Below are positions 10,949-21,503 of a stretch of DNA of 64,000 nt, one piece after another (position 1 is the first letter of the stretch; each line of letters begins with the position of its first letter). The notes beneath the pieces were generated by a model that ran no database searches, was not told the origin of the DNA, and saw only the letters and a list, made by a program, of their open reading frames with translations. Made by a program: the position numbers and the translations under genes. This DNA is from Hyaloraphidium curvatum SAG 235-1 (lineage: Eukaryota; Fungi; Monoblepharomycota): the NCBI GenBank assembly GCA_025558095.1, contig JAIVFI010000026.1, positions 124,001 through 188,000 of the forward strand, read 5' to 3'.

Positions 10949-11947
10949 ATGAGCCGCGCACCGGCGCACGCGCTGCTGGCGGTGGTCGCCCTGGCGGCGC
11001 TGGCGCTGGTGGGCGCCGGCCGCCCCCGCGCGCCCCTCGTCGACCCGGCGTTCGCCCCGCCCGCCGCGGCCAACGGCTCGTGGGACCCCGCGTCCCTCGC
11101 CGCCGTGCCGTGCGCCGTCGTGCGGTTCCACGCCGCGCAGCGCAACGCGCTTGCCGCGCTGCTGCTCTCGCTCGCCGCCCAGGCGCACCCGAACCTGCAC
11201 GCCGTGGTGGTCGACACCGGCGAGCCGCGCTACCCCGGGCTGCGCGCGCTGCTGGACGCGGTCAACGCCGCCACCGGCCGCCGCTGGGTCTCGGCGTCCC
11301 CGCGGTCCCAGGCGGAGGTCCGCAAGATGTTCCCCGCCGCGACGGCGCCCGGCGGCCCCGCGGACCCGGACTTCGGCTACCTCGCCACCGACCTCGTCCT
11401 CGAGGACCTCCTCGCCCGTCCCCCGGGCGGCTCCGCGGAGCTCTGCACCGCGTTCCTCGCCACCAACGGGGACAACCTCTACTCCCCCCGCTTCCTCCCC
11501 TCCGTCCTGCCCCTCCTCGCCGGCGGCCACGACCTCGCCGGGACGCACTGGATCACGCACCATGCATGCCCGGCGCCCATCACCGCGACGTACGAGGAGC
11601 TGATGCGGCCGGGGGCGCAGGGGTGCGGGCACCTCCGGATGGGGGCCCACGGGGAGGTCGTGGCCCACGAGCGGTTCCTGGTGGGGTGCACGGACCTCGG
11701 TGCGGCCATGTTCTCGGCCCATGCCGTGCGCAGCTCGGGGCTGAGGTTCGGGATCGACGCCCTGCGGCGGGATCCGTCGGGGGCGGCGCTGGGGGCGACG
11801 ATGGTGGCGCACGTCCACGGGCCCAGGAAGTGCCCCGGGGGGCCCAACTTCTTCTTCTGCGCGGACGGGCATTTCCTCTCCAGGATGGCGGCGAGGCCGG
11901 GGGCGAGGACGGCGGTGGTGAGGGGGGCGATGCTGTACCACCAGTGA
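10949..11947 (+). CDS. Putative GT-A fold glycosyltransferase, type II membrane or secreted
   Basis: Intronless. N-terminal hydrophobic segment, VVVDT, DFGYLATD, TNGDNLY (DxD-like), DLGAAMF, ADGHF, C-terminal HQ. Confidence 0.65.
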   Translation: MSRAPAHALLAVVALAALALVGAGRPRAPLVDPAFAPPAAANGSWDPASLAAVPCAVVRFHAAQRNALAALLLSLAAQAHPNLHAVVVDTGEPRYPGLRALLDAVNAATGRRWVSASPRSQAEVRKMFPAATAPGGPADPDFGYLATDLVLEDLLARPPGGSAELCTAFLATNGDNLYSPRFLPSVLPLLAGGHDLAGTHWITHHACPAPITATYEELMRPGAQGCGHLRMGAHGEVVAHERFLVGCTDLGAAMFSAHAVRSSGLRFGIDALRRDPSGAALGATMVAHVHGPRKCPGGPNFFFCADGHFLSRMAARPGARTAVVRGAMLYHQ

Positions 11948-12673
11948 GGGGCCGGGGTGCCGGCCCGCGGAGGTCGGGGCACCCGCGTGGTCGACCGACA
12001 GGCGGAGCGTCGGGCCCAGGTACGGAGCCCAGCGACGTAATGATCTTCAAACGATCCATGACGCGACAGATTCGATCCCCTTTCAGTAGCCCGCCCGCTT
12101 GTACGGTGGCATCTTAGTATCCATCTGCCCCGTCACCACTCCTGGTGCGTGCCCCCGGGCTCGGTCCCGTAGGCCGGCGCCATGGGCGGCGGTGCCGCCT
12201 GCGCTCCGTGCTCCGGCGGTGCTGCCGATGCGTCTTACGCAGGTGATCGTGTGTGTCTCCTTCTTGTTCTTTTGCTGCGCACGACGCGGTCAGGGACGGA
12301 CGAGTGGCAGGGCTCTCCCAGACGCCGACCAAGCAAAAAAGCGGATCGTAAGCCCGACCTCGCCCTGTGCTGGATGGTTCGGTGGCACGGGCGATACAAC
12401 GTGTGGTAAAGAGACGTCCCGTTTGGCCAGCGTTGGGCGCCGCGTGGCTCGAAGCACCGCCCCGGGGACCCCACGAGGCGAGGCACGTGTCGTTCTTGTT
12501 AAACTTCACAATATGCTCGTCCTTTTCCTCGTGCGAATGCGCCCTTCAATTGGGGTTATCGGGTCGGGCCTTCGCGTGGCTGGCTGTGCTGGCTACTGGA
12601 CCCGCGGACAACCCACCGCCTCACGGCGGCCCGCGATCACGCCCCGTTGCCCCATCCTTCGCCCCCGCCCGCC

Positions 12674-13370
12674 ATGCGCACAGCCCTCCTCCTCGCCGCT
12701 GCCCTGCTCCTGTGTCCCGCGGCGCTCCGCACGCACGGCGGCGGCGCGGCTATCGTGCCCGTTGCGGGAGCGCTCGCGGCACCGCCGTTCCCGGTCTTTG
12801 GGATGCGGGCGGCGGGCGTGAGGCGCGGCCTGGAGAGGCGCGGTCCCAACAAGAAGAAGCCTGGCGCGAGAGTGGGCCCCGCGGACGGCCCGGCGCCCGG
12901 GGCCGCGCTGGCGGTGCCGCCACCAGGGCAACAAGCGCGCGCGGCCGTCCAAGAAGAAGAAGGATGAGGTCGATAGGCAGCCGGGGATTGAGGAGGGCTC
13001 GAAGCGGAGGGGCTGCAGGCCCGGGCCCATGCGCGAGGTGGGGAGATTCCTCCCCAACCCGCTGCCCAAGGTCGGCCCCTCTCCCGTCTCCCGTCGGCCG
13101 CGGCTGAGCCCAAGACCGCAGGCCTGCACCCTAAAGCTGCTGAAGGAATACTGCGACGCGCTCGTCGCCAAGGGCAAATCCGACCCGGCGTGCGTCAAGG
13201 CAAAGCCGTGCGTGGCAAACACCCCGGACGACGTGGGTTCCGTTCGTTCCGCCGGGCGCGGGCGTGCCGGCGACGGCGGCGACGACGACGATGAGGATGG
13301 AGCGGAGGCCGGAGACGAGGGCCATGATTCCGCCGACGACGAGACGACGGCCGACGGGGACGAGCGGTGA
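12674..13370 (+). pseudogene. Small secreted protein, apparently frameshifted
   Basis: Signal peptide MRTALLLAAALLLCPAA and an ERR site. Frame stops at 12967, but another frame continues KKKKDEVDRQPG..., intron ~13071-13120, CTLKLLKEYCDALVAKGKSDPAC, acidic tail. Confidence 0.45.
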
Positions 13371-13604
13371 AGGATGAGAGACGGAGGGTGCGTGGCAATA
13401 GTAAGCTCCTGTCGTGAGCATGGGTACTAGCGGGTGCGCATGCCGACGCGGACGGGCGTATCAACCATTAAAACCCCCGATGTGCGGATGTAGCGATTGT
13501 CGTCGACACGGGACCCGCGTCAGCAAGGGGTTGCCGTTTGCTGCGGCTAGTTCCGCACGGTCCGCGCAGGACGCAGCATGACTTGCCCGTCCCCGGGCCC
13601 CGCG

Positions 13605-15489
13605 ATGGGCCGCGGATCCTTCCTGCGGACGCTTCTCCTATGCTTTTTATTGCTATTTGAGTCGGGGCGGCCGGCGGCGGCGGCGTGGGTCGGCCGCCGG
13701 CAGCTCGCGCAGCTGCTCCCCCTCCTCGGCTGGGCGGCGCCGAAGCCGACGTCGCAGATGGGCCCCGAACTGCGCAACGCCTCGCGGGCGCCGGCCGCGC
13801 CGCTGCTGCCCAACGCCGGCTGCCCGTACAACCGCGCAGGGCTGGCGAACCTGTGCGCGTCGGCCGCCCCCTCCGCTTCTCCCGCCGACGTGGGCTCGCC
13901 CGACGGCGACTGGGCGTTCCTGATGGGCGACGGGCGTCCCCGCTTGGTGCAGTTTGTCGGCGGGCAGTGGCGCGTGCGGTGGCGCTCGCCCTTTGCCGTC
14001 GCCGCGACAGAGGGCTGCCCGCCGTTCGCCACCCGCTTCGATTCCAACGGGGACATTCTCTTCGTCTGCAACGGCGAGACGCGGGGCAGGCTGATCGCAA
14101 ACAACGGCGGTCGCCGCCCGCGCTCGCTTTCCATCGACAACGGCGGCAACGTGCGCTTCAGGGACGGCGACGGGCGGGTGGTGCTGTCGATCCTGCCCTC
14201 GGGCACCGCCGTGCCCCGCGCCGCGTACGCCCTGTCCGGTGCTGAAGGCACGTGATCCACCGACTTCCCTCGCTTCATCTGCTAACCGTCGCCCCCCTGT
14301 CGCAGAAGCACCGCCCACCGCCTCCCGCGTCCCCGTGCCCACCCCCGCCTCCCCCCCTCCCTCCCCGCCGCGCCCCATGGGCACCCCCTCCCTGCACCCC
14401 TCCAACACCATCCTTAAGGCCGGGTGCAGGTACATCCCCGTGCCGTACGAGCTGTCGCCCACGGGCGGCGGGCAGGACGAGGTGTTCAACATCGAGCTGG
14501 TGGGGTGCGGGACGACGGACGAGTACGACGAGCTGTTTGTTTCCGCCGCCCAGGTAAACCGCAGCGCTCCCCATCTTCCACCCGCCGGCTCACGCCCCGA
14601 ACCCGCAGCGCTGGATGTCCATCGTCACGGGCGACCTCACCGACTTTTCCGGAACCCTCGACCGCTGCGCCTCGGACGGCGAGGGCGGCGCGGTGCTGTC
14701 GTGCGGCCACGTGGACGACGTGATCATCGCGTTTGCGGTGCGGCAGATCGACGGCGCGGGGAACGTGCTGGGGAGCGCGGGGCCCGAGTACGTCCGGCCG
14801 CAGGTGGAGAGGGGGTCGGGGCTGCCGATTTCGGGGTTCATGCAGGTTCGTCGTCCCGTCGTGCGCCTCCGCCTTGCCGCTGACGTGCCGGATCCCCTTC
14901 CCGCCGTTTTGCCCCCCCCCCCCCCCCCCCCCCCCGGCAGTTCGACGAGGCCGACATGCGCTCCATGCTCTCCGCCGGCGTCGCCTCCTCCGTCGTGGAG
15001 CACGAGATGGGCCACGTCCTCGGCCTCGGCACCCTCTGGTCCCTGCGCTCGCTGCTGGACCCGGCCAACTGCGCGGAGCTCGCCGTCGCCCGCGAAACCT
15101 TCTCGGCGCGCTACACAGGCCCCCAAGGCATCCGCGCGCTGCCGGGGATCGGGTACACGGGCGACTCGCGGCCCCCCGTGGAGGACCAGGGCGGCGGCGG
15201 GACGGCGTGCGGGCACTGGAAGGAAGCCTCGCTGGGGAGCGAGCTGATGACGGGCTGGGTGTCCCGCGGCGCGCCGCTGTCGCGGCTGACGGCGTGGAGC
15301 CTGGCGGACCTGGGGTACGAGGTGGATTTCGGGAGCAGGGGGATCGATGCGTTCGATGTGGGGGCGGCGGCGCGCGCTTTGGGCGGGCCGGGGGCGGGGA
15401 TCGCGGAGCGCGTGAGGATGGTGGATTGCCAGCGCGGGTGGACGGGGGCCAAGGTGCCGCTGGTCGCGGAGGTCGTGGAGGGCGGGTAG
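13605..15489 (+). CDS. Secreted zinc metalloprotease (leishmanolysin/M8-like) with N-terminal bulb-lectin-like region
   Basis: Signal peptide. Beta-rich region SPDGDWAFLMGDG...SLSIDNGGNVRFRDGDGRVV. After introns (~14240-14305, 14554-14608, 14846-14940): IDGAGNVLGSAGP, VEHEMGHVLGLG (HExxH), GHWKE, ELMTG, SLADLGYEV. Confidence 0.85.
14912..14935 (+). repeat. Poly-C homopolymer (24 nt) in an intron pyrimidine tract
   Basis: Directly visible run of C just before the GGCAG acceptor at 14940. Confidence 0.9.
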
Positions 15490-15735
15490 CGGGCCGTGTG
15501 TACGGTGCCGGGTTGCCGGGCCGGGCAGCCTCGGAATGCATAGCTGGGGCTACACAGCGCCAACGCACACGATCTCCACATTCCCGGTTGATGGATCCCA
15601 GCAGGTGTTCGGTTTGGCCGTCCTCACCGGCGGCGTGACTTTGGCGATACGGTCCGTTCAAGCCCTCCCGGGAGTCCTTTCGCAACGCGTCGCTCCCACA
15701 ACCGCAACGTGTATATCCGATCGCACACCCATCCT

Positions 15736-17443
15736 TTACACCGGCACCGCCTCCACCTCCACCCCCTTCGTCTTCTTCGCGCTCCCCCCCTTGGCCGGCG
15801 CCGGCGTCGGCGGCGCCACCCTCGCATGCTGCGCGTCCGACGTGCCCGCCGCGAACGCGACGTGCGTCTTGGGCTTGGCGGCGGTGGAGGGGGCGGGGAG
15901 CTTCGGGGCGGGCTTGGGCGCGATCGAGGGCCGGGGGCCTGGGGACCAAGGTCAGCCGATGCGGTGGGTCGGCCACGACAAGCGCAGGGGGACCTACCAG
16001 CGGGCTTTGGCGCCATCGACGCGCGGGGAGCTTCGAACCGAACCGACGAGTCAGCGACGCACGGCGACTGCGCACCGCGTCGGGGGAACCCACCTCCGGG
16101 CTTGCCCGCCGGTCCCCTGCCCGAATCCACCCTCGCCGCGACCTTGGGCGCCTCGGGCTTCTTCGCCAGCGCGCCGCCGACCGACGGCCTTTCCATGGAA
16201 GGCTTGGGCGCGCCGGGGCGCGAGGGGACGGGGAGTGAGGAGGGGAGGGCGGCGGGGTGCAAGGAGGGTTTCCTGGATCGGGTGCGCCATCAGCACTGGC
16301 CGGCCGGCAAAGGAAAGGGGGAGACCACCCACCTGGCGGCGAACCCGACGGGAGGCTTGCCCACGGGCTTCACCCCCTCGGCCTTCTTCGTCCCGGTCTC
16401 CTTGGAGATCCCCATCTCGGCCAGCGCCCTCGCCACCTTTTCCTCCACCAGCCTCGCGATCCACTCCCTGTCCGCTTCATTGAGCGCCTCCTTCGTCGTC
16501 CCTGCGGCGGCTGCCTGCACGAGGGTGTCGGAGGGCGAGGCGGGGAAGGCGCCGGGTGCCTGGGCGGCGGGGAGCGCGGGGTACGTGGGGGCGGGCGAGG
16601 CGGGTGCGGGGGGGTCGATGGGGGTGGGTTCTGCGGATGGGAAGCGGCGGTGGGACAGAAGGCCATGTGAGTGGGAGAGGAGGTGAAGGCGGAGGAAGAG
16701 ACCGACCCTGGGTGCCCTCGGCCCTCGACGACGCATCGACGGCCAACATCCCCGACGCCGACCCCTCCTGCACCTGCCCCTCCTCCTTGCTCCCCTCACC
16801 CGGCAACCCGTCGTCGACCTTGCCCAGCTCCAGCTCCTCCTCCCCCTCGTCCCCCTCGGCGGGCGGGAACTCCTCCAGCAGCTTCCCAGCGTCCAGATCC
16901 CCGAACAGCCCCTTGCCCCCCGCCGACTTGGCCAGGCTCTTGAAGTGCTCCTCAAGGATCTCCACCATCTCGCCGGTTTTCTTGGAGCCGCCCTTGAGGC
17001 CGTACTTGCGGAGGAGGGCCTGGAGCTCGGGGCGCTTCAGCTGCGGGGGGTAGTGGGGTCAGCGCGGGTTCCTGCGCCGGGAGCGCGGTCGCTCCATATG
17101 AATGAGCGCGTTCCGACCGCGGAGACGCGGCCTGCTGCGCCCTGCACCGGGCCCTCGGGGAGGACGGGACGCGAGTCCCCTCGCTCCCCCGGCCCGGCCC
17201 TCCCCTCCGCCCCCTCTCCGCCCGCTCCGCCCCCTCCCACGCGCTCCGCGGCATTTTTCCTGCCCGCACCGCCCCGCGGGCCCGGGTCGGCCGCGTTCCG
17301 CACGGTGCGCGACCCCGCCCGTCCAAAGTGCCCCGTTTCCGCGGCCCGGTTCCCACCATGGAGAGCTGCCTGCCCTCCACCGTGGGCGTGGAGTGCGCGG
17401 TCGAGTAGCGCGGCGCGCGCGGGGCGTCGTCGTCGCTGTCCAT
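15736..17443 (-). CDS. SAP-like domain protein with Pro/Lys-rich tail (multi-exon)
   Basis: Exon 1 MDSDDDAPR...QLSM. After an intron ending ~17041: LKRPELQALLRKYGLKGGSKKTGEMVEILEEHF (SAP/NuSAP-like). Further low-complexity exons end at TAA 15736. Confidence 0.6.
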
Positions 17444-17864
17444 TGCGGCGGTGGGAGGTGTGGTGTTTGCGGTTGTGAGGAGGGCGCGGACGAGCCGCAG
17501 ACAAGCCGCGGGGCGCCTTCCCCTCGCGCACCAGGAGACTCGCAAACTCGGGGCAAACTAACGGACCGACTCGGATCAGGTAAATGAAATACGCCGGAAG
17601 CCGGTTCCACCTGATTCTGCCCAACTGCCGCGGAGGTGCTGGCTTCGAAACCAGGCAGGTGCTAAACGAAGAGCGCAAGCTCCACCAGCATTCAGAGGAA
17701 ATGCGGGCGGACAGTTCGCATGCAGAAGTTCTTCCTGCCGACGACGCCAGACCGCGAATCTACGTGTATGTCGAGCGCCGCCTCGCCTTCTGTGCCGGTC
17801 AACAAGTCAACACCGAATCCCTGCACTCCCCTCCCTCCGCCTCTTCCGGATCTCGGATCGCCCG

Positions 17865-19238
17865 ATGAGCGATGCCGACCCGCCGGCCGCTGCCCGCACC
17901 CCGGGCCCCCGCAGCGCCGAAAAACCCCGCGTCTCGACGTGCCCCTTCGCCGACCGCGCCGCAAACTGCGCCATCTCCTCCTTCCGCTCCTCCCTCGCCC
18001 TGCTCCCCCCGGACCTCCGCCTGCTCTTGGAATCGGGGCAGACCGTGCTTGCGGCGGTGCTTGCCACCGATTCCTCGGGAGGAATGGAGTGCCTCGCGTG
18101 GGGCTGCGGGACGCGGGTGCTCCCCGACTCAATGGTCGCGGCGGACACCGAAGGGACGCGGGTGGCGGACATGCACGCCGAAATCCTGGCGCGCAGGGCG
18201 TTTTCGCGGCTACTCATGGAGGAAACTTGCCAGTCGGTGGGCCCCGGGGTAAACGGGTCTCCAGGACACGGCACGCCGCTGCTCCTCCGCGACCCCTCGT
18301 CCCCCTTCCCCCGCCTGAATCCCGCCCTCGCATTCCACATCTACACCTCCTCCGCCCCCTGCGGCAACGCTTGCATCCGCCGCTGGGCCTCCCCCCTTCC
18401 CTCCCCCCCTTTGGACCTCCCCGAAACGGAGTGGCCCGCCGCGCGGCACCCCCCCTTCCACCCCGTCGGCAAGAAAGAGGGCCAGCTGGCCGTGCTCTGC
18501 AAATCCGACCCCACGCTCCCACCAGACCCCACCGCACCCCTGCGCCCGCCCTTCCCCCCGCCCGGCACCGCGCCCCGCGCCGCGGGGTGGGCATCCTCGC
18601 GGGCGAGCTGCAGCGACAAGCTGCTCCTTCGCTGCGCACTGGGGCTGCAAGGTGGCCTGGCGTCGTCGCTGCTCGCGCCGGGGGAGGCCGCGAGGCCGGC
18701 CAGCTTGGTGTGCGGGCGCAAGTTCCTGCGCCCGCATCTGGAGAGGGCCGTGTGCTGCCGCGCCTCGTCCTTCCTCTCAAAACATTCGCTCGCGCACCCG
18801 GTGGTGCTGTGCACGGCGGTGAAGCTCGACGGGGGGTTGTACGAAGCCGGCAGGGGCGCGGAGTTCGGCTTCGGGGCGGGGGTTTGGTACCGCGGGCTCG
18901 CGGAGCCCGAGGTCCTCGACGGCCGGACGGGGAAGGTGTTCACCACCGGGGTACAAGGCGAGGGAGGCGAGAGCGCCGTCAGCAGGGCCGCGATGCTCGC
19001 ATGCTGGGTCCGCGCGGCCTCCTGCCTCGGCCTAGTTGTGCCTCGCGCCGCGACAGATCCGCAACGGGGGTTCGCGGACCGGTATGCCGCGGCGAAGGGT
19101 ATGGCGGCGGGGTACGGGGAGGCGAAAGGGGAACTTCTCGTGGGGTGGATGCCGGACTGGCCGAGGCGGCGGGCTCGGGAAGGGGCAGAGGGGCAGCGCG
19201 TCGTCGGCCTCCCGCTCGATCCCCATGCCCCGAGCTGA
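17865..19238 (+). CDS. Adenosine deaminase (ADAT1/Tad1-like, A_deamin domain only)
   Basis: Zinc-binding motifs DMHAEILARRAF, SAPCGNA and SCSDK, plus GLQGGL. No dsRNA-binding domain. Intronless. Confidence 0.85.
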   Translation: MSDADPPAAARTPGPRSAEKPRVSTCPFADRAANCAISSFRSSLALLPPDLRLLLESGQTVLAAVLATDSSGGMECLAWGCGTRVLPDSMVAADTEGTRVADMHAEILARRAFSRLLMEETCQSVGPGVNGSPGHGTPLLLRDPSSPFPRLNPALAFHIYTSSAPCGNACIRRWASPLPSPPLDLPETEWPAARHPPFHPVGKKEGQLAVLCKSDPTLPPDPTAPLRPPFPPPGTAPRAAGWASSRASCSDKLLLRCALGLQGGLASSLLAPGEAARPASLVCGRKFLRPHLERAVCCRASSFLSKHSLAHPVVLCTAVKLDGGLYEAGRGAEFGFGAGVWYRGLAEPEVLDGRTGKVFTTGVQGEGGESAVSRAAMLACWVRAASCLGLVVPRAATDPQRGFADRYAAAKGMAAGYGEAKGELLVGWMPDWPRRRAREGAEGQRVVGLPLDPHAPS

Positions 19239-19620
19239 TGCGATGCTCTCCCGTCGCTGGCGGTACGACGCACCGGGCGTTCGGATGGGGCCGCACGGGG
19301 CCAGCGGGCGCGCGGCGGCAACGGGAGATCAACGCGGGTCCGGCGGCAGCAATGTCACATTCGGCGGTACGGGCGATGTATGCGCCACTGACGCGGTCTC
19401 GACCGGGAGAGCAAAGCGCATGTGGCGTTCCGAGCCGCGAGATTTCGTGCATGCTGCAGGCCGTGTCGGTTGCATTCATGCATGACGGGGCCCATAAGGT
19501 CTGGAACCTTGCGGTTGGCGGGCGGTCCGGCGGCGCGATTCGTGCCGCCACGGTCCCTTCAGCCAAGCCCTGGGCTCGCCGCCATCACCCCCCGCCGTCC
19601 TGTCGCCCGCCCGCGCCGCC

Positions 19621-20560
19621 ATGCTCCGTTCCACGCTCGCCGCGGTCCTCTTCCTCGCCCTCGCCGGGGGCGCCGCTGCCGGGTGGGTTTCGACGGCGGC
19701 GCCAAGACGCCGAGCCGAGCGCTGACCGCCCCGCCGACAGGCCCGTCGGCCGCGAGCACGTCGTCTTCTCCCGCTCGTGCGGAGCATGCAGCGAAGCGGC
19801 CTTCTGGTGGGACTGTCCCGCACGTCCGGGCGCCGCCGGCGATGCTGATCCCGGCGATCCTCCTTGCCCCTCCCGGATCCGGCAATGATCACCCCTGATC
19901 TCGCCCTCCCACCCCACGATCTCGCCCCGGCGCATCCTGGCCGGCCGTCGCTCGCAGCGAGTTCAACTACCCCGGCGCGCCCGAGGGGCACGTCGCCTGC
20001 GTCTCGCACCTCAAGAACGACCGACGCGGGCTGTACAGGCGCTACGATGCCCCGTGGACGCCCACCGTGATCCTCGGCAACCTGCCGCAGATCAACCAAG
20101 GCACGAGTAGCTTCCTGGGCCCCCTCGGCGCCAAGGCATTCAAGATCAACCTGAACGCCACCACCAGGTGCAGGATCTCGACCGTCGTCCTGAGGCTCGG
20201 CGGGGCGGACGGCCCTATGCCTTCGGTGCAGATCGCGACGACGGCGGGTCCAACCCGGGCTCCACGGTGCTCGACACTCTCGCGTCACCGACCCCCGCTC
20301 CGCAGGGCACGACAAACACCGACTGCACCTACGCTGCGGGGAACGCCAACACGGAGTACGCCGAGGGCACGAGCTTCTGGCTGCGGATCCGAACCAGCGG
20401 CGACAATGTGAATTTGAGCGCAAGCAGCCCGGGCGTAACTCCGACCGGCGCCGGTACCTTTGCCGCGAACAAGTTCTCCAACAGCGGTGGTAAACTCTGG
20501 AGCGACGGGAGCACTTTCAATTCGTTCCAGATTACCGGCGAGTGCCAGGTATCGGGTGGA
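19621..20560 (+). pseudogene. Near-complete copy 3: secreted choice-of-anchor-R-like protein, 3 exons, one frameshift and lost stop codon
   Basis: Exon 1 19621-19682 (signal peptide MLRSTLAAVLFLALAGGAAA), exon 2 19741-19806 and exon 3 from 19958 splice in phase. 1-nt frameshift at ~20235 relative to copy 2. TGA of the other copies is GGA at ~20558. Confidence 0.75.
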
Positions 20561-20834
20561 ACCCGGGCGGCGACCAGATTCCTTCGCAAGGAACGGAATC
20601 GGAGGAGGAACCAGACCCGACGAATTGCGAATTGGGGAGGGTGAAGGTCGTGATGGAGGCCGCGATGAAGGAGGGGTCGAGAAGGCGGACGGGACGGATG
20701 CACGGCTGGTTGCCGACTCGGTCGGGAAACGCCCCGATCGTGTCTTCTTGCGTCTTACCGGCTGCGTCAGAGCGCATGGGCCTGTTGTAAAGCGGGAGTG
20801 TGAAGGTCGAGGTCGCGGTAGTCTTTGATTTGGG

Positions 20835-21191
20835 CGTGTCCCCAAATCAAGGAGCAGGATATGCGCGCACTTGGATCCGAGGTTGCAGATGCCCATCTAA
20901 AGCAACTGCTGATGCCACGATCACCTGGCGCGGAGCCTACAAGACGCACCCGCGCTCCCCTCTCCGGCGGGATTATTGTCGGCGCTGTCGTCTACGCCCG
21001 CTCCTGTGGGGAGTGCAGCGAAGTGGCCTTCGGGTGGGACCCGCCCCGCACGTCCGGGGCCGCCGCCGATGCTGATCCCGGCGGATGCCCAGATCAAAGA
21101 GCAGGATATACGCGCGCAGGCAGAGCGGAGATGGGAACCTATGATGTTGAACCTCCGATGCGATTGCTCGACAGGGAGAGAAGAAAAGTGA
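20835..21191 (+). repeat. Fragmentary duplications: exon 2/intron 2 of the 19621 gene plus a short direct repeat
   Basis: 20985-21083 matches 19760-19857 (VVYARSCGECSEVAF vs VVFSRSCGACSEAAF, plus intron start). ATCAAGGAGCAGGATATGCGCGCA (~20846) matches ATCAAAGAGCAGGATATACGCGCG (~21093). Confidence 0.7.
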
Positions 21192-21503
21192 ACGTGAAGC
21201 CCTCCCTCCACCCCATTCGTCACTTGGCACGGCGGGCGAGCCAGGAGGTCCCAGAGGGCGATATCAACCAGCCTTGTGTTCAACCATCAGGCTGCCTAGG
21301 GAAACCGGTGGTTCGGCGCGGCGGCCAAGTCTGGCTGTGCCATCCCCGAAGTCTCCCCAGCCGCCCGGGCCGCCGTCGCCGCCGGCGCGGGCGGTGCCGT
21401 TCAGGCGCGGGCGGTGCTGACTTTCCGCCGTGCCCCGCTGACTTCCGGCCTCGAATCGACTTTCGCCGGGATCCCCGGTGGATTCCGGGGTGTTCCGGGC
21501 GGA

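Noticed and set aside
14912-14935. Poly-C run as a functional G4/i-motif or contingency locus
   Set aside because: It lies within an intron, so length changes do not affect the frame, and its length may be a sequencing artefact.
17570-17720. Possible structured ncRNA (ATCAGGT/ACCTGAT arms, GAGC-GCAA-GCTC hairpin) between divergent genes
   Set aside because: The stems are short and expected by chance, and no ribozyme or snRNA consensus was recognised. An Infernal/Rfam search would be needed.
19860-20830. Idea that the choice-of-anchor-R segment is an element inserted into an intron of a separate small gene
   Set aside because: The donor at 19807 and acceptor at 19957 join exon 2 in phase with the domain, so it is one gene.
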